Assembly (NCBI GenBank): GCA_030390025.1 | Contig: CM059432.1 | Span: 77,936,001-78,000,000 of the forward strand | Direction of reading: 5' to 3' | DNA from: Squalus acanthias | Taxonomy: Eukaryota | DNA length: 64,000 bases | Shown: positions 35,751 through 48,404 of the stretch, piece by piece | Layout: the number at the start of each line of letters is the position of its first letter | Position numbering within the stretch: the first letter of the stretch is position 1 | Position numbers and translations under genes: made by a program | Notes under the pieces: generated by a model | Told to the model about the DNA's origin: nothing | Databases searched by the model: none | What the model saw: the letters and a program-made list of their open reading frames with translations, nothing else

Positions 35751-38700
35751 AGAATCATAGAGGGGCAGGGAGAGCAGAATAGAAATGTGGTAGTGATAGG
35801 GGATTCTATAATTAGGGGGATAGATAGCATCCTCTGCAGCCAAGAACGAGAATCTCGAAGGGTGTGGTGCCCAAGGGATATCTCGTGGCAACTGGAGAGG
35901 AATTTGGAAAGGGAGGGGTAAATCCAGCTGTCGTGGTCCATGTCGGAACAAACGATGTGGGTAAGAACAGAGAGGAGGTCCTGCTGAGGGAATATAAGGA
36001 GTTAGGAGCTAAATTTAGAAGCAGGACCTCGAGGGTAATAGTCTCTGGATTATTGCCCGAGCCACGTGCAAATTGGCATAGAAACAGTCAGATCAGGAGA
36101 ATTAACAACGTGGTTAAAGGGTTGGTGTGGGAAGGAGGGGTTCCTTTTCATGGGACACTGGCACCAGTACTGGGACAGAAAGGAGCTGCACCGATGGGAC
36201 GGGCTCCACCTGAACCGGGATGGGACCCGTGTCCTAGCAAAAAGAGTAAATAGGGAGGTGACAAAGGCTTTAAACTAGTAAGACGGGGGAAGGAATCTAC
36301 AAGAAATTAAACCAGCCTAAATATAAACAAAACAGGAAAGGAGAGCATAGGAAGGAGTAAAGTAAGGGAGGACATTGATGACCAGGGAATAAATAGAGTT
36401 ATAGAACAGGAGTTTAAAAAGATGGTTAAAAATAAAGTGAGAGGAACTGCTATTAAAAATGAGTTAATCTGTCTGTACAGCAATGCACAGTGTCTGTAAT
36501 AAAACAGGAGAGCTGGAGGCAATCATGCGTTGGGAGGAACCAGACATAGTAGGGATTACTGAGACATGGCTACAGAAAAAGCAGGACTGGGAATTAAATA
36601 TTGCAGGGTATAACATATTTAGAAAAGATAGAGAGGGGGAAAAGGGGAGGTGGAGTAGCTGTACTTATTAGGGATAACATAATGGCAGTAGAAAAAAAGT
36701 GACACAGCTATCAGCAAGACAGAAATAGAATCCATGTGGACAGAGATAAAAGATAATAAAGGATTATTCACACTAATAGGGGTAGGCTATAGACCACCTA
36801 ATAGGGGAAGGGAGGTGGAGGAAGAAATATGCAAACAAATTAGGGAAATGAGTAAAAATCATAGAATAATAATCATGGGGTATTTCAACTATCAGATATT
36901 AATTGGACAGAAGAGGTAGGTAAAGGGGATAAGGGAATGGAGTTCCTAAAAAGGGTACAGGACTCCTTTCTAACCCAGTATGCAAAAAAGCCCAACAAGG
37001 GAGGAATCACTATTGGATCTAGTAATGGGGAATGAACCAGAGCAGATAAGAGAAGTAAAAGTAGGGGAACATCTAGGCAATAGTGACCATAATATAATAC
37101 GCTTTAAGATAATAATTGAGAAGGACATAGGTATGACAAATACCAGGATAATAGATTGGAGAAAAGCTGATTGAGGGGCTGAGAATAGCACTTGGGAAAA
37201 TAAAATGGACAACAGTATTGGCAAACAATGATGTAGAACAGCAATGGGAAACATTTAAAACGGTGTTCAACAGAGTCCAGGAAAAATATATTCCGCTAAT
37301 AAACAAGAATAAGCTAAACACTAATGAGACACAGTGGATGAATAAAGCCATTAGGGAAAATTTGAGGGTAAGGAAAGAGGCATACATTAAGTACATGGGC
37401 AGCAGGGGAGAGCATGATAAGGGAGAATATGAAGGGATTAGGACAGAAGTCAAAAAAATAATTAGGAAGGCAAAGAGGAACTATGAAATTAAATGTTCAA
37501 GGAACATAAAACAAAATAGTAAAATATTTTACAGGCAAATAAATAAAAAAAGGAAGGTCGGGATGGGAATAGGGCCACTAAGGTATGGAGAGGATAATAC
37601 CACAGGCAGCAATAGAGAGATGGCAAAGATAGTAAATAATTACTTTGCTTCAGCATTTACCAGGGAGATAGAACAGGTGCAGATGACATTGGATGATGAG
37701 ATTAGTAAATGAGTTAACTGCATTTAAAATAAAATAAGGAGATATACTAAATAAACTAATGAAGCTCAAAAAGGACAAAACCCCTGGTCCAGATGAAACA
37801 TAGAAACGTAGAAGATAGGAGCAGGAGCAGGCCATTCAGCCCCTCGAGCCTGCTCGCCATCAATGAGATCATGGCTGATCATCAAATTCAGTACCCTGTC
37901 CCTGCCTTCTCCCCATATCCCTTGATCTCTTTAGCTTTAAGAAATATATCTAACTCCTTCTTGAATATATTTAATGAATTGGCCTCTACTGCCTTCTGTG
38001 GTAGAGAATTCCACAGGTTCACCACTCTCTGGGTGAAGAAATTCCTCCTCATCTCAGTCCTAAATGGCTTACCCCTTATCCTTAGACTGTGACCCCTGGT
38101 TCTGGACTCCCCCGCCATCGGAAACATCCTTCCTGCATCTAGTCTGTCTAGTCCTGTTAGAATTTTATAAGTTTCAATGAGATCCCCTCTCATTCGTCTA
38201 AACTCCAGCGAGTATAAGCCCAATCGACCCAATCTCTCCTCATACGTCATTCCTGCCATCCCAGGTATCAGCCTGGTGAATCTTCGCTGCACTCCCTCCA
38301 TGGCAAGAACATCCTTCCTCAGATAAGGCAACCAAAACTGCACACAATACTCAAGATGTGCACACAATCACCAAGGCCCTGTACAACTGCAGCAAGACAT
38401 CCTTGTGCCTGTACTCGAACCCTTTCGCTACGAAGGCCAACATACCATTTGCCTTCTTAACCGCCTGCTGCACCTGCATGCTTACCTTCAGCGACTGGTG
38501 CACAAGGACACCCAGGTCTCGTTGCACTTCACCTTCTCCCAATCTATTGCCATTCAGATAATAATCTGCCTTCCTGTTTTTGACACCAAAGTGGATAACC
38601 TCGCATTTATCCACATTATATTGCATCTGCCATGCTTCTGCCCAATCACCCAACCCGTCCAAATCATACTGGAGTTTCTCGGCATCCACCTCACGGCACA

Positions 38701-40350
38701 CTCCCACCCAGCTTTCTGTCGTCTGCAAACTTGGAGATATTACATCCAATTCCCTCGTCTAGATCATTAATATATATTGGATTACATCCGTGCATTTTAA
38801 AAGAATCTAGGGAAGAAATAGCAGAGGCATTACTACACACATATTTAGTAATTCGTTAGAAAAAGGTGTAGTGCCAGAGGACTGGCAGATAGCTAACGCA
38901 ATACCTATATTTAAGAAGGGAGATAGAACATGTCCAGGAAACTATAGGCCAGTCAGCTTAACATCAGTGGTAGGAAAAATAATAGAATCCCTACTAAAGG
39001 AGAAAATAGAAAACATTTAAAAACGAAAAATATAGTAAATACTCAGCATGGATTTCAAAAGGGAAAGTCTTACTTGACCAATCTAATTGAATTTTTTGAA
39101 GAGGTAACAGAGAGAGTAGACAATGGTAATGCAGTAGATGTAATTTATCTAGATTTTCAAAAGGCCTTCAATAAGGTACCACATAATAGACGAATGAATA
39201 AGGTCAGGGAATGCAGAGTCAGAGGACAAGTAGCAGAATGGATAGTTAGCTGGCTGCAAGACAGAAAGCAGAGAATGGGGTAAAGGGTAGCTATTCAGAG
39301 TGGCAGAAGGTGGGAAGTGGTGTTCCAAAAGGATCAGTGCTAGGACCACTGTTGTTCACAATTTATATTAATGATTTAGACTTTGGAATCAAAAACACAA
39401 TTTCTAAATTTGCGGATGACACCAAATTGGGGGGCGGGGTGGGCGGAGAGATAGTCAATACTGAGGAGGACTGCAACAAATTACAGGAAGACATTAATAA
39501 ACTTGCAGAATGGACATATAATTGGCAAATGAATTTAAACACAAATAAATGTGAGGTATTACATTTTGGTAAGAAAAATAGGGAGGTCACATATTACTTG
39601 GAAAATAAGAATCTAAATGGGGTAGAGGAGCAAAGGGATCTCGGAGTATAGATACACAAATCACAAAGTATCGACACAGGTTAACAAGGCCATAAAAAAA
39701 AAAAACAAGCACTAGGGTTTATTTCTAGAGGGATAGAATTGAAAAGTCGAAGTTATGCTAAACTTGTATCGAACCTTGGTTAGACCACACTTAGAGTAGT
39801 GTGTGCAATTCTGGTCGCCATATTATAAAAAGGATAGAGAGGCACTGGAGAGGGTGCAGAGAAGATTTACAAGGATGATACCAGAAATGCGAGGGTACAC
39901 CTATCAGGAAAGGATGAACAGGCTGGGTCTCTTTTCTTTTGAAAAGAGAAGGCTGAGGGGTGACCTAATAGAGATCTTTAAAATCATGAAAGGTTTTGAT
40001 AGAGTAGATACAGAGAGAGTGTTTCCACTTGTGGGGAAGAGCAAAACTAGAGGCCATCAATATAAGATAGTCACCAAGAAATCAAACTGGGAATTCAGAA
40101 GGAACTTCTTTACCCAGAGAGTGGTGAGAATGTGGAGCTCGCTACCACAGGGAATGGTTGAAGCGAATAGTATAGATACATTTAAGGGGCGGTTAGATAA
40201 GCATATGAGGGAGAAGGGAATAGAGGGTTATGCTGATAAGGTTAGATGAGAAAAGATGGGAGGACGCTCAAGTGGAGCATAAACACTGGCATAGACTGGT
40301 TGGGCCGAATCGCCTGTTTCTGTGCTGCATATCCTATACAATCCTATGTA
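35751..40350 (+). mobile_element. CR1 LINE from the ORF1 esterase region to the 3' tail, with nested insertion
   Basis: VIGDSIIRG, VVHVGTND, DGLHLN, ITETWL, YRPP, SDH, DFQKAF, KFADDT. Confidence 0.92.
37795..38778 (-). mobile_element. Nested 5'-truncated CR1 from the younger subfamily
   Basis: Interrupts the host at KTPGPD|GLHP; WQMQYNVDKC..HLEYCVQFW..FFTQRVVNLWNSLP. Confidence 0.92.
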
Positions 40351-40418
40351 ACTTTTACTCTTGGTCTATCTTTGTCCTTTTGTATAACTACGCTAAATCT
40401 AACTGAATTATGATCACT

Positions 40419-40675
40419 ACTTAGGACTGAGATGAGGAAAGATTTCTTCACTCAAAGGGTTGTGTATCTTTGGAATTCTCCACCACAAAGGGCTGTGGAT
40501 GCTCAGTTGTTGAATATATTCAAGACAGAGATTGATAGATTTTTGGATACTAAGGGAACCAAGGGATATGGGGATAGTGCAGGAAGGTGGAGTTGAGGTA
40601 GAAGATCGTATTGAATGGCAGAGCAGGTTTGAAGGGCCGAATGACCTACTCCTGCTCCTGTTTCGTATGTTCTTT
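40419..40675 (+). mobile_element. CR1 3'-end fragment
   Basis: RTEMRKDFFTQRVVYLWNS; GGGCCGAATGACCTACTCCTGCTCCT. Confidence 0.8.
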
Positions 40676-41000
40676 AAATGCACAGACAGAAAACATAATT
40701 AAGAAACAACAGAATGCAGTAGTATTCATAAAAGAACTGATAGAAAGCATGGAAAAAGGTATGTGACAAGGTTAACAAGATGATTGATCAAACAAAATCA
40801 GGCATACCGTGATCAGAAAGTGTCTAAAGCCATTACGTGTAATCTGTATGGAGGTTTTTTTTTTACTTAATATTAGACCAAAAAGGATCAAATAACATTG
40901 AGAATAATCAGATCCCAAATTTCATTACGGAAAATCAAATGGTGGGTTGGAATGATGAAAAAATGCAAGATTGGTGTAAAGCAAGGAGGTATGGATTGGT

Positions 41001-41067
41001 ACATTAGAACAAGATGATAACATTGGAATACAGAGATAACATTGGAACAGGAAGATAACATTAAAAC
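41001..41067 (+). repeat. Degenerate 19-bp minisatellite, about 3.5 copies
   Basis: ACATTAGAACAAGATGATA / ACATTGGAATACAGAGATA / ACATTGGAACAGGAAGATA / ACATTAAAAC. Confidence 0.75.
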
Positions 41068-41413
41068 TCAGCAAAATTTAGACAATGTGCTAGCGAAGAA
41101 TGCTTGTTTTTAAAATGGCACAAAAGGAGGATACAAATCAAAACTCTTTAGAACTTTAGCTACCTTCAAGGCCTGGACAGGCAATCACTTGCAATTCCCG
41201 AGGAGTTCTTTACACGCGAGTCCCAGACGTAGGACTGGCGTGCACTGCTCTGTATGTAGTCTTAAGATGAATGTTTTGAAACAATAATAAATGTGGTTAA
41301 TTGTCAGACATATTACTGTCTCTAGCGTCCACAAATCTGTTATTAAAAGGATAAGGATTATCCAACACAACAGAGGCTGTCCTCAATCTTGGTGACAAAA
41401 TAATCCATGATCT

Positions 41414-41495
41414 CAACAACAACTTATATTTATATAGCGCCTTTAACGTAGTAAAACGTCCCACGGCGCTTCACAGGAGTATTTTAAGACAAAAA
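41414..41495 (-). mobile_element. L2 extreme 3' tail
   Basis: Reverse complement of 405-485. Confidence 0.85.
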
Positions 41496-42209
41496 AACGA
41501 TGAAACAAATGGCTTCCACCGATCAGATCCCTACTGAACTGTGTAAGTTTGAATGATTTATGTTTGGTTTAACACAAGTATATAATGATACCAGCATGCA
41601 TCACTTTCTTCATATCTAAAAGTGCGTCAGTCATAGGACATTTTTGAAAGAAATACAAAAAATAGCTATGCGCACTAATCTGTGCTCAGTAATTTATCTG
41701 TTGCCTGCTGTCTCAGACCGATTAAAAATTAGTAGTTTGAAATCTTATTACACTACACAGGAGAGATAGAAATTGGGGGGATATAAATTTTAAAATTATA
41801 CTGCATTCAGCAGATAATTAAATGAATGTAACCTTTTAGGACACAGTGAATTATGCAAATTATAATGCGTGAGATTTGAGATTAGTTCAAGAAGGCACAG
41901 AACACACAACTAAAATGACTATTTTAAAGAAGTGACATCCCAAGTGGACTGTGGAAAGCAGCATAATCTGGTGCAACTAGACAACTAAAGCATTAGTCAA
42001 AGTTCTGCACAAAGGGCAAAAACCTAAGCTCAAGCTAAGAAATTGTCTGAAGTGTACAAAGCTGCGGTACCATTTAAAAGGAGTTATGTCAGAGGAGAGA
42101 GGTGAACTGAATCGGGTCTCTGAGCACCTGGTGTTGGGACTCCTGTTGTTTCTAATTGAGACTGAAAACCAATACAAATTGAATCCAAGGTGGCTGCTCC
42201 AGAACTAAG

Positions 42210-44120
42210 TGGGCAGAAACAATGGCAGATGAAATTTAATACAGTCAAGCACGAAGTTTTGCACACAGGAAGAAAAAAAATGAACAGCATAAGCACTCCT
42301 CGAATGGTGTTAAAATAACAACGTATAAAGTTGAAAGAGATCGAGGTGTCTTAGCAGCAAACAAAGAAAATAGAATGCTTAACTATATAGTCAAATTGGC
42401 AGAATACAAGTCGGAGTATGAAGTTCTGCTCAAACTGTGTCGTGCTCTGGTCACACCACATTGAATATTATGTAGAGTCTGGTCATCGAGGCACAGTACA
42501 CCCTGGAGACAGTTCAGAGAAAAGCCAACAACAATTTGCACCCTGAACATAGAAGTACATCCCAAGGTGCATCACAGAGATGTAATGAAAGGAGATATTA
42601 GCAAGGTGGGTTTTAAGGATGGTCGTAAAGGAGAAGAGGGCACTAGAGAGGTTGGGGGGGGGGGGGGGGTTTAGGGAAGGAACTATAGAGTGTAGGGCCT
42701 AAGCAGCAGAAGGCACAGCTGCCAAAGTTGAGGCAAGGAGGGGGGGGGTGGATAATGAACACGAGGCCAGGGTCAGAGGATCAGAAAGTTTAGGTGGAGG
42801 GGGATTATAGGGCTGGACAAAGTTACAAGGGAGATTTAAACAGTAGGATGAGCCTTTTAAATTTGATATGCTGGGGCTGGGAGCCAACATAGTCAGTTAG
42901 GTGAGTGGGATTGGTGCAAGATAGAATAACAACAGCTTAAGTTTAGAGGGTGGACAATGAGAGGCCAGCCACAAAGGCAGTGGAATAGTTGGCTGGAGGT
43001 AATAAGGCAAGGGTCTCAGCAGCAAATGAGCTGAGGTAGGAGCGAAGGCAGGCAATGTTGCAAAGGTGGAAGTCGGCAGTCTTTGTGATGGAAAGGATAG
43101 AGACTCGGATGCTCAGCTTGGGCTGCAATACGACAACATGGTTAGAAATAGTCTAGTTCAGCCCGAGACAGTAGCCGGAAAGGGGAAATGGAATCAGTGG
43201 CGAGATACATAGTTTGTGGTGGGAGCCGAAGACAATGGCTTTGGTCTTTACAATGTTTAACTGGAGGAAATTGTCACTCATCCAAGACTGGATGTCGAAC
43301 AAGCAGTCTGATAACAGAGAGTAGAGAGGTCGAGAGGTGTGGTGCGGAGATAGAGCTATGTATTGTTAGTGTACATGTGGAAGTTGATGCCACGCCTGTG
43401 CATGATATCGCCAAGGGGCAGCATGTACATAAAAGATGAGCACAGATTTCAGAGGTGAGGAACATGGATGTCAGCTAGTATGGGGGCTAGAAAGGGAAAT
43501 TGGGTATCAGCAGTTTGGGTGAATGCAGCAAAGGCAGCTGAACAGATGATTTCCATCTTAGTGACGAAGAAGTTCATGAGCTCCTCGAACATGTTATTGG
43601 AAGCAAAGGTGGAGGGGTCAGGAGAAAGTGGTTTAAAGAGATGGTCGTTAGTGAGAAAATAAGCCAGGAGTGATTTATACTCTCCAGGATGATCCTCCAG
43701 TAGTGGGTTGTTTTAGCAGTCTGCAAGGTTAGCCTCCAGCACCAGAGCACTAAGGTACCAGGAAAGACTGGAAAATCTTGGCTTTTCAGCTTTAAAAGAA
43801 GGCAACGGAGAGGTGACCTTATAGATATATACAAGATAATAAAACAGTATAGAAAAGGTAGATGTGCAAAATTACTGCAGACTGAGAGCCGAGCAAGGTA
43901 AAACACGTTCAAACTAATAAAAGGCAAATTTACAACTGATGTCAAGAAATTTTCCATAGACTATTCTACACATCGAATGAGCTTCCAACTAGACTCGTGG
44001 AGGTAAAAACCCTGGAATCATTTAAGAAAAACACTGAATAATGTGATGCAGGTAATGTATGGTCTTTCCGGATGGATAAATTAATATGGGCTGAATAGCC
44101 TTTCTCATCCATATCCATCT
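42210..44120. mobile_element. Old CR1 (+) interrupted by an old L2 (-, about 42540-43730)
   Basis: WQMKFN motif at about 42220; L2 antisense homologous to 15048-15830; CR1 RRQRRGDLI motif resumes at about 43800. Confidence 0.65.
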
Positions 44121-45603
44121 TGTAAGCCAATTTTTTTTTTAATAAAAAAACTACATAAAATAAAAATCTAATTCAATAGTCACCACCACAACCAAAGTGA
44201 AACAAATGATCTTAAAACACATTACAGTGTAATGACAGACACATAATCAGAAATATAAATTGAAATATGTCTTTGAATCAATTTATACTTTCAAGTTTTT
44301 CCAAATGATGTTAACTGATGGCTCAGCAAATTTATCCAGTGAGTAGCTGAGTTTTCCAGGCCAGAAAATTTCAGTCAATCTTCAGTCTGAGCTGAGTTAG
44401 CTGCTCTGAACTAATGCTGTGATAGCAGTACTAAATTATCCTTGGTTCTCCCTGGTTTGGGAAATGCAGGGCCAGGGGCAGAAGGAGAAAAGTGACTAGG
44501 ACCCCAAATATGTTTGCAGTCTTGCCCTGTGCCCCCCACTACTGTTACTTGAATGCTTTTTGCAGGTCAGGCCTACCCCACTCAGGCATAGGGAAACTGG
44601 TGAAGCTAATAAAGCCAGAGAGTGTGGCATGTGATCATTGTGGGACATTGTAACAAAGCCAGGGGCACAGGCACGATGGGCTGAATGGTCGCCTTCTATG
44701 CTGGATCATTCTACGATTCTAGGAGAAGTGGGGCCGGGTGCGGGTGGCAGCTGCAGGTCAAGTGGCCAAGGCCCATGATAGTAGGAAGGAGTGGTCAGCT
44801 GGAGGTCAAAGCAGTATGAGCATTTTCAGAAGTCAAGTGGCGGTTTCCCAGTGCCAGGAAACTGGCGAAAATAAGCAGTCCAGTCATCAGAGAGTGAGTG
44901 CACATGGGGAGCCAGAACAGGGTGGAGCCAGAAGGTAAAAGAACTGTGCCTAGATTTAAAATGTTAAATTTAAAATATTAAGATGGATAACGGAAATAAA
45001 AACTTACCCGATATGGGCAGGGGGAGGGGAGATCAGGTGAAACAACACAATGGCAGGCATACCATCTGGAGGGCTGGAAGGTACGTTTAATGGTATTGCG
45101 TATATAAGCAGGCATTTACATTAGCAGGAATTCAAGCGTTACAACATAAAACTGGCAGAGTCCCAAGGCTTTTAATGTATTACTAGTTGATTTCCCGTAG
45201 TATCGCACAAAGGGAGTCAAGACCAAGTGTAAACTTCAGGTAAAGCAGGGTTAGAGGGAAGTGGATAATTGAACCAGTATGTGCAGATATAATTCAGTGC
45301 CTATTGTATAGTAATACATTCTGTCCTTATTTTTATATTTCCATTTTAAACTCCTCTGCCCACATGTAAAATGGAAATTGCCCGTGTAGACTTATCACTC
45401 TCTAATTACACCCTCTTGGCAGTGGTGGCGCTGTAGCACCTCTACTTACAAGTATGCTGAGGTAATTTCCATTATAAATGTAAACAGGAATTTATGATGG
45501 AAAAAGTTAAGATGTACACACAGACATGATTTTTTAAATAATATATACTTCTTGTTCACTTTTTCCATGTACACACACACACACATAAACACTACAATAG
45601 TAC

Positions 45604-45666
45604 CTCCAGGAAGCGTTCTTCCCACCCAGATGAAAGGATCCAAAGGTTAGAAGAGTTTGTGAAGGT
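45604..45666 (-). CDS. Candidate 63-nt internal exon (TFTNSSNLWILSSGWEERFLE)
   Basis: Strong acceptor TTTTTTTATTTTCTTATAG, donor GAG|GTACTA, length a multiple of 3, open frame, unique sequence. Confidence 0.4.
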
Positions 45667-45985
45667 CTATAAGAAAATAAAAAAAAGTATGTAGTACAAT
45701 ATCAAGCATCCAATAAATTTGTAGCCCCAGTATTTTCTCAAATTTTCCTTTTCCACAAAAGGAAAATTCAGGTTTCTACATAAGCCAACACGAGAACACC
45801 TATATGATGTTCAGTTAGCACATTCATGTTGCAGAACAACCTAGGCATTGTCATTACTAGAAAACAGCCTAAACTATTCAAATTGCTGTGCATCAACTTC
45901 AATTCACAGGATGATACTGAACCTTTAAACTTCACCTACACATCTGGAAGAAAAAACAACTTCAACTAGCAAGATGACACCGGCA

Positions 45986-46128
45986 CGGAGAATTTCCTCG
46001 AGGGTCCTCCTGATTGGCCGCCACAACTTCAAGGTTTACGCATGTATCCGGGGTTTCTGCTATTCTCCCGCCAAAGTTACAGCAGCCAATTGGGAGAGCC
46101 CCACCACCCCCACCCCGGAGATAATTCC
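45986..46128. mobile_element. Small palindromic MITE
   Basis: GGAGAATTTCC..CTCCTGATTGGCCGCCACAACTT versus AAGTTACAGCAGCCAATTGGGAG..GATAATTCCCC. Confidence 0.55.
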
Positions 46129-46509
46129 CAAGAATCTAGAATATCGTCGAAGGATCTGACCAAAAATGTTTAACAGTTACTAGCTGATCTCAATCGTCAC
46201 ATCACTTTTAAGTAATGAGAAATATTTTATATTAATGTGATCATCATCTATATGCCAAGAGCTATGAACAGTAGGAGGCCATTTTGCCCATCAAGCATGC
46301 TTTGCCACATCAGCAGCCCTGGCAGTTAACTCTTCAATCCTAATTTCCTACCCTCTCCTTTCATCTATTAATACCCTTACTTGCCATTATCTATATTTTA
46401 AATGTCGCAATTGAATGAGTCTGTGGTCTTCTGAGGCATTGCATTGCACATCCTCACACACTTTACATTAATTTTTTTTTTTTAAGTTCCAATTCTAAAG
46501 TCCTGTCCC

Positions 46510-48095
46510 CTTGTCTTCACAAAAGAGAGGGACGATACAAACATTCTAGTTAAGGAGGAGGAGTGTGAAATATTAAATGAGATAAACACAGTGAGAGAGG
46601 AAGTATTAAGGGGTTTAGCATCTTTGAAAGTAGATAAATCGACAGGCTCGGATGAAATGTATCCCAGGCTGTTAAGAGAAGCAAGGGAGGAAATAGCAGA
46701 GGCTCTGACCATCATTTTCCAACCCTCTCTGGCTACAGGTATGGTGCCGGAGGACTGCTGGCATTGTACCATTGTTTAAAAAGGGAGGAAGAGATAGACT
46801 GAGTAATTACAAGCCAGTCAGCCTAACCTCGGTAGGCAAATTACTGGAAAAAATTCTGAAGGACAGTATTAATCGTCATTTAGAAAGGCACAGATTAATC
46901 AACCATGGCTAACAAAAGAAATTAAGGATAGTATTAGATCCAAAGAGGAGTCATATAAAGTTGCCAGAAAAAGTAGCAAGCCTGAGGATTGGGAGCAGTT
47001 TAGAATTCAGCAAAAAAGGACCAAGAGATTGATTAAGAGGGGAAAAATAGAGTATGCGAGTTAACTTGCAACGAACATAAAAGCGGACTGTAAAAGCTTC
47101 TACAAGTATGTAAAAAGAAAAAGATTAGTGAAGACAAATGTAGGTCCCTTACAGTCAGAAACGGGAGAATTTATAATGGGGAACAAGGAAATGGCTGAGC
47201 AATTAAACAAATACTTTGGTTCTGTCTTCATGGAAGAGGACACAAATAACTTCCCAGAAATGCTAGGGAACCAAGGGTCTAGTGAGAAGGAGAAATTAAA
47301 GGAAATTAGTATTAGTAAAAAAAAGTGCTGGAGGAATTAATGGGACTGAAAGCCGATAAATCCCCAGGGCCTGATAATCCGCATCCCAGGGTACTAAAAG
47401 AGGTAGCCGTGGAAATAGTGGATGCATTGGTTGTCATCTTCCAAAATTCTATAGATTATGGAACAGTTCCTGCAGATTGGAGGGTGGCAAATGTAACCCC
47501 ACTATTTAAAAAAGGAGGGAGAGAGAAAACAGGGAACTACAGACCGGTTAGCCTAACATCAGTAGTAGGGAAAATGCTAGAGTCTATTATAAAGGATGTG
47601 ATAACAGAACACTTAGAAAATATCAACGGGATTAGACAAAGTCAACATGGATTTATGAAAGGGAAATCGTGTTTGACAAACCTACTGGAGTTTTTTGAGG
47701 ATGTAACTGGTAGAATAGATAAGGGAGAACCAGTGGATGTGGTGTATTTGGATTTTCAGAAGCCTTTGATAAAGTCCCACATAAGAGGTTAGTGTGCAAA
47801 ATTAAAGCACATGGGATTGGGGGTAATATACTGGCATGGATTGAAAATTGGTTAACAGACAGGAAACAGAGAGTAGGAATAAATGGGTCTTTTTCCGGGT
47901 GGCAGGCGGTGACTAGTCTGGTACCGCAGGGCCCCAGCTATTCACAATATATAACAATGATTTGGATGAGGGAACCAAATGTAATATTTCCAAGTTTGCT
48001 GATGACACGAAACTAGGTGGGATTGTGAGTTGTGAGGAGGATGCAAAGAGGCTTCAAGGCGATTTAGACAAGTTGAGTGAGTGGGCAAATACATA
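46510..48095 (+). mobile_element. Two abutting CR1 ORF2 fragments from different subfamilies (junction about 46900)
   Basis: The KSTGSDEMYPRLL region is followed by a second KSPGPD..NYRPVSL..QHGF..KFADDT. Confidence 0.88.
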
Positions 48096-48404
48096 TCAAT
48101 CAGATCATCCATTAACCTCCTAATCTCTAGGAATCTAGCTCAAATCTATCCATTCGAAGTCACCTAATCTTTCTGGTGATTTGTTACTGGCTTTCTTCTA
48201 AGGCTTCCTACGGTAGGGTGTCCAAAGGTGAACACAATCCTCCAAATAAGGTCTGACCAGCACGCTATACAACTGTAATAATACTGTCTTGCATTTGCAT
48301 TCTATATGTCTCGTGAGAAAGTCTGCATCCTATTAGCTTTTTTGATTGCTTTTTAATGACATACATATTCTGATTCCTAAATCCCTCGTATCATCAGTCC
48401 GAGC

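Noticed and set aside
44995..45010. Minus-strand GGTAAGT donor as an exon end
   Set aside because: No suitable acceptor; such donor motifs recur inside the MITE-like repeats here.
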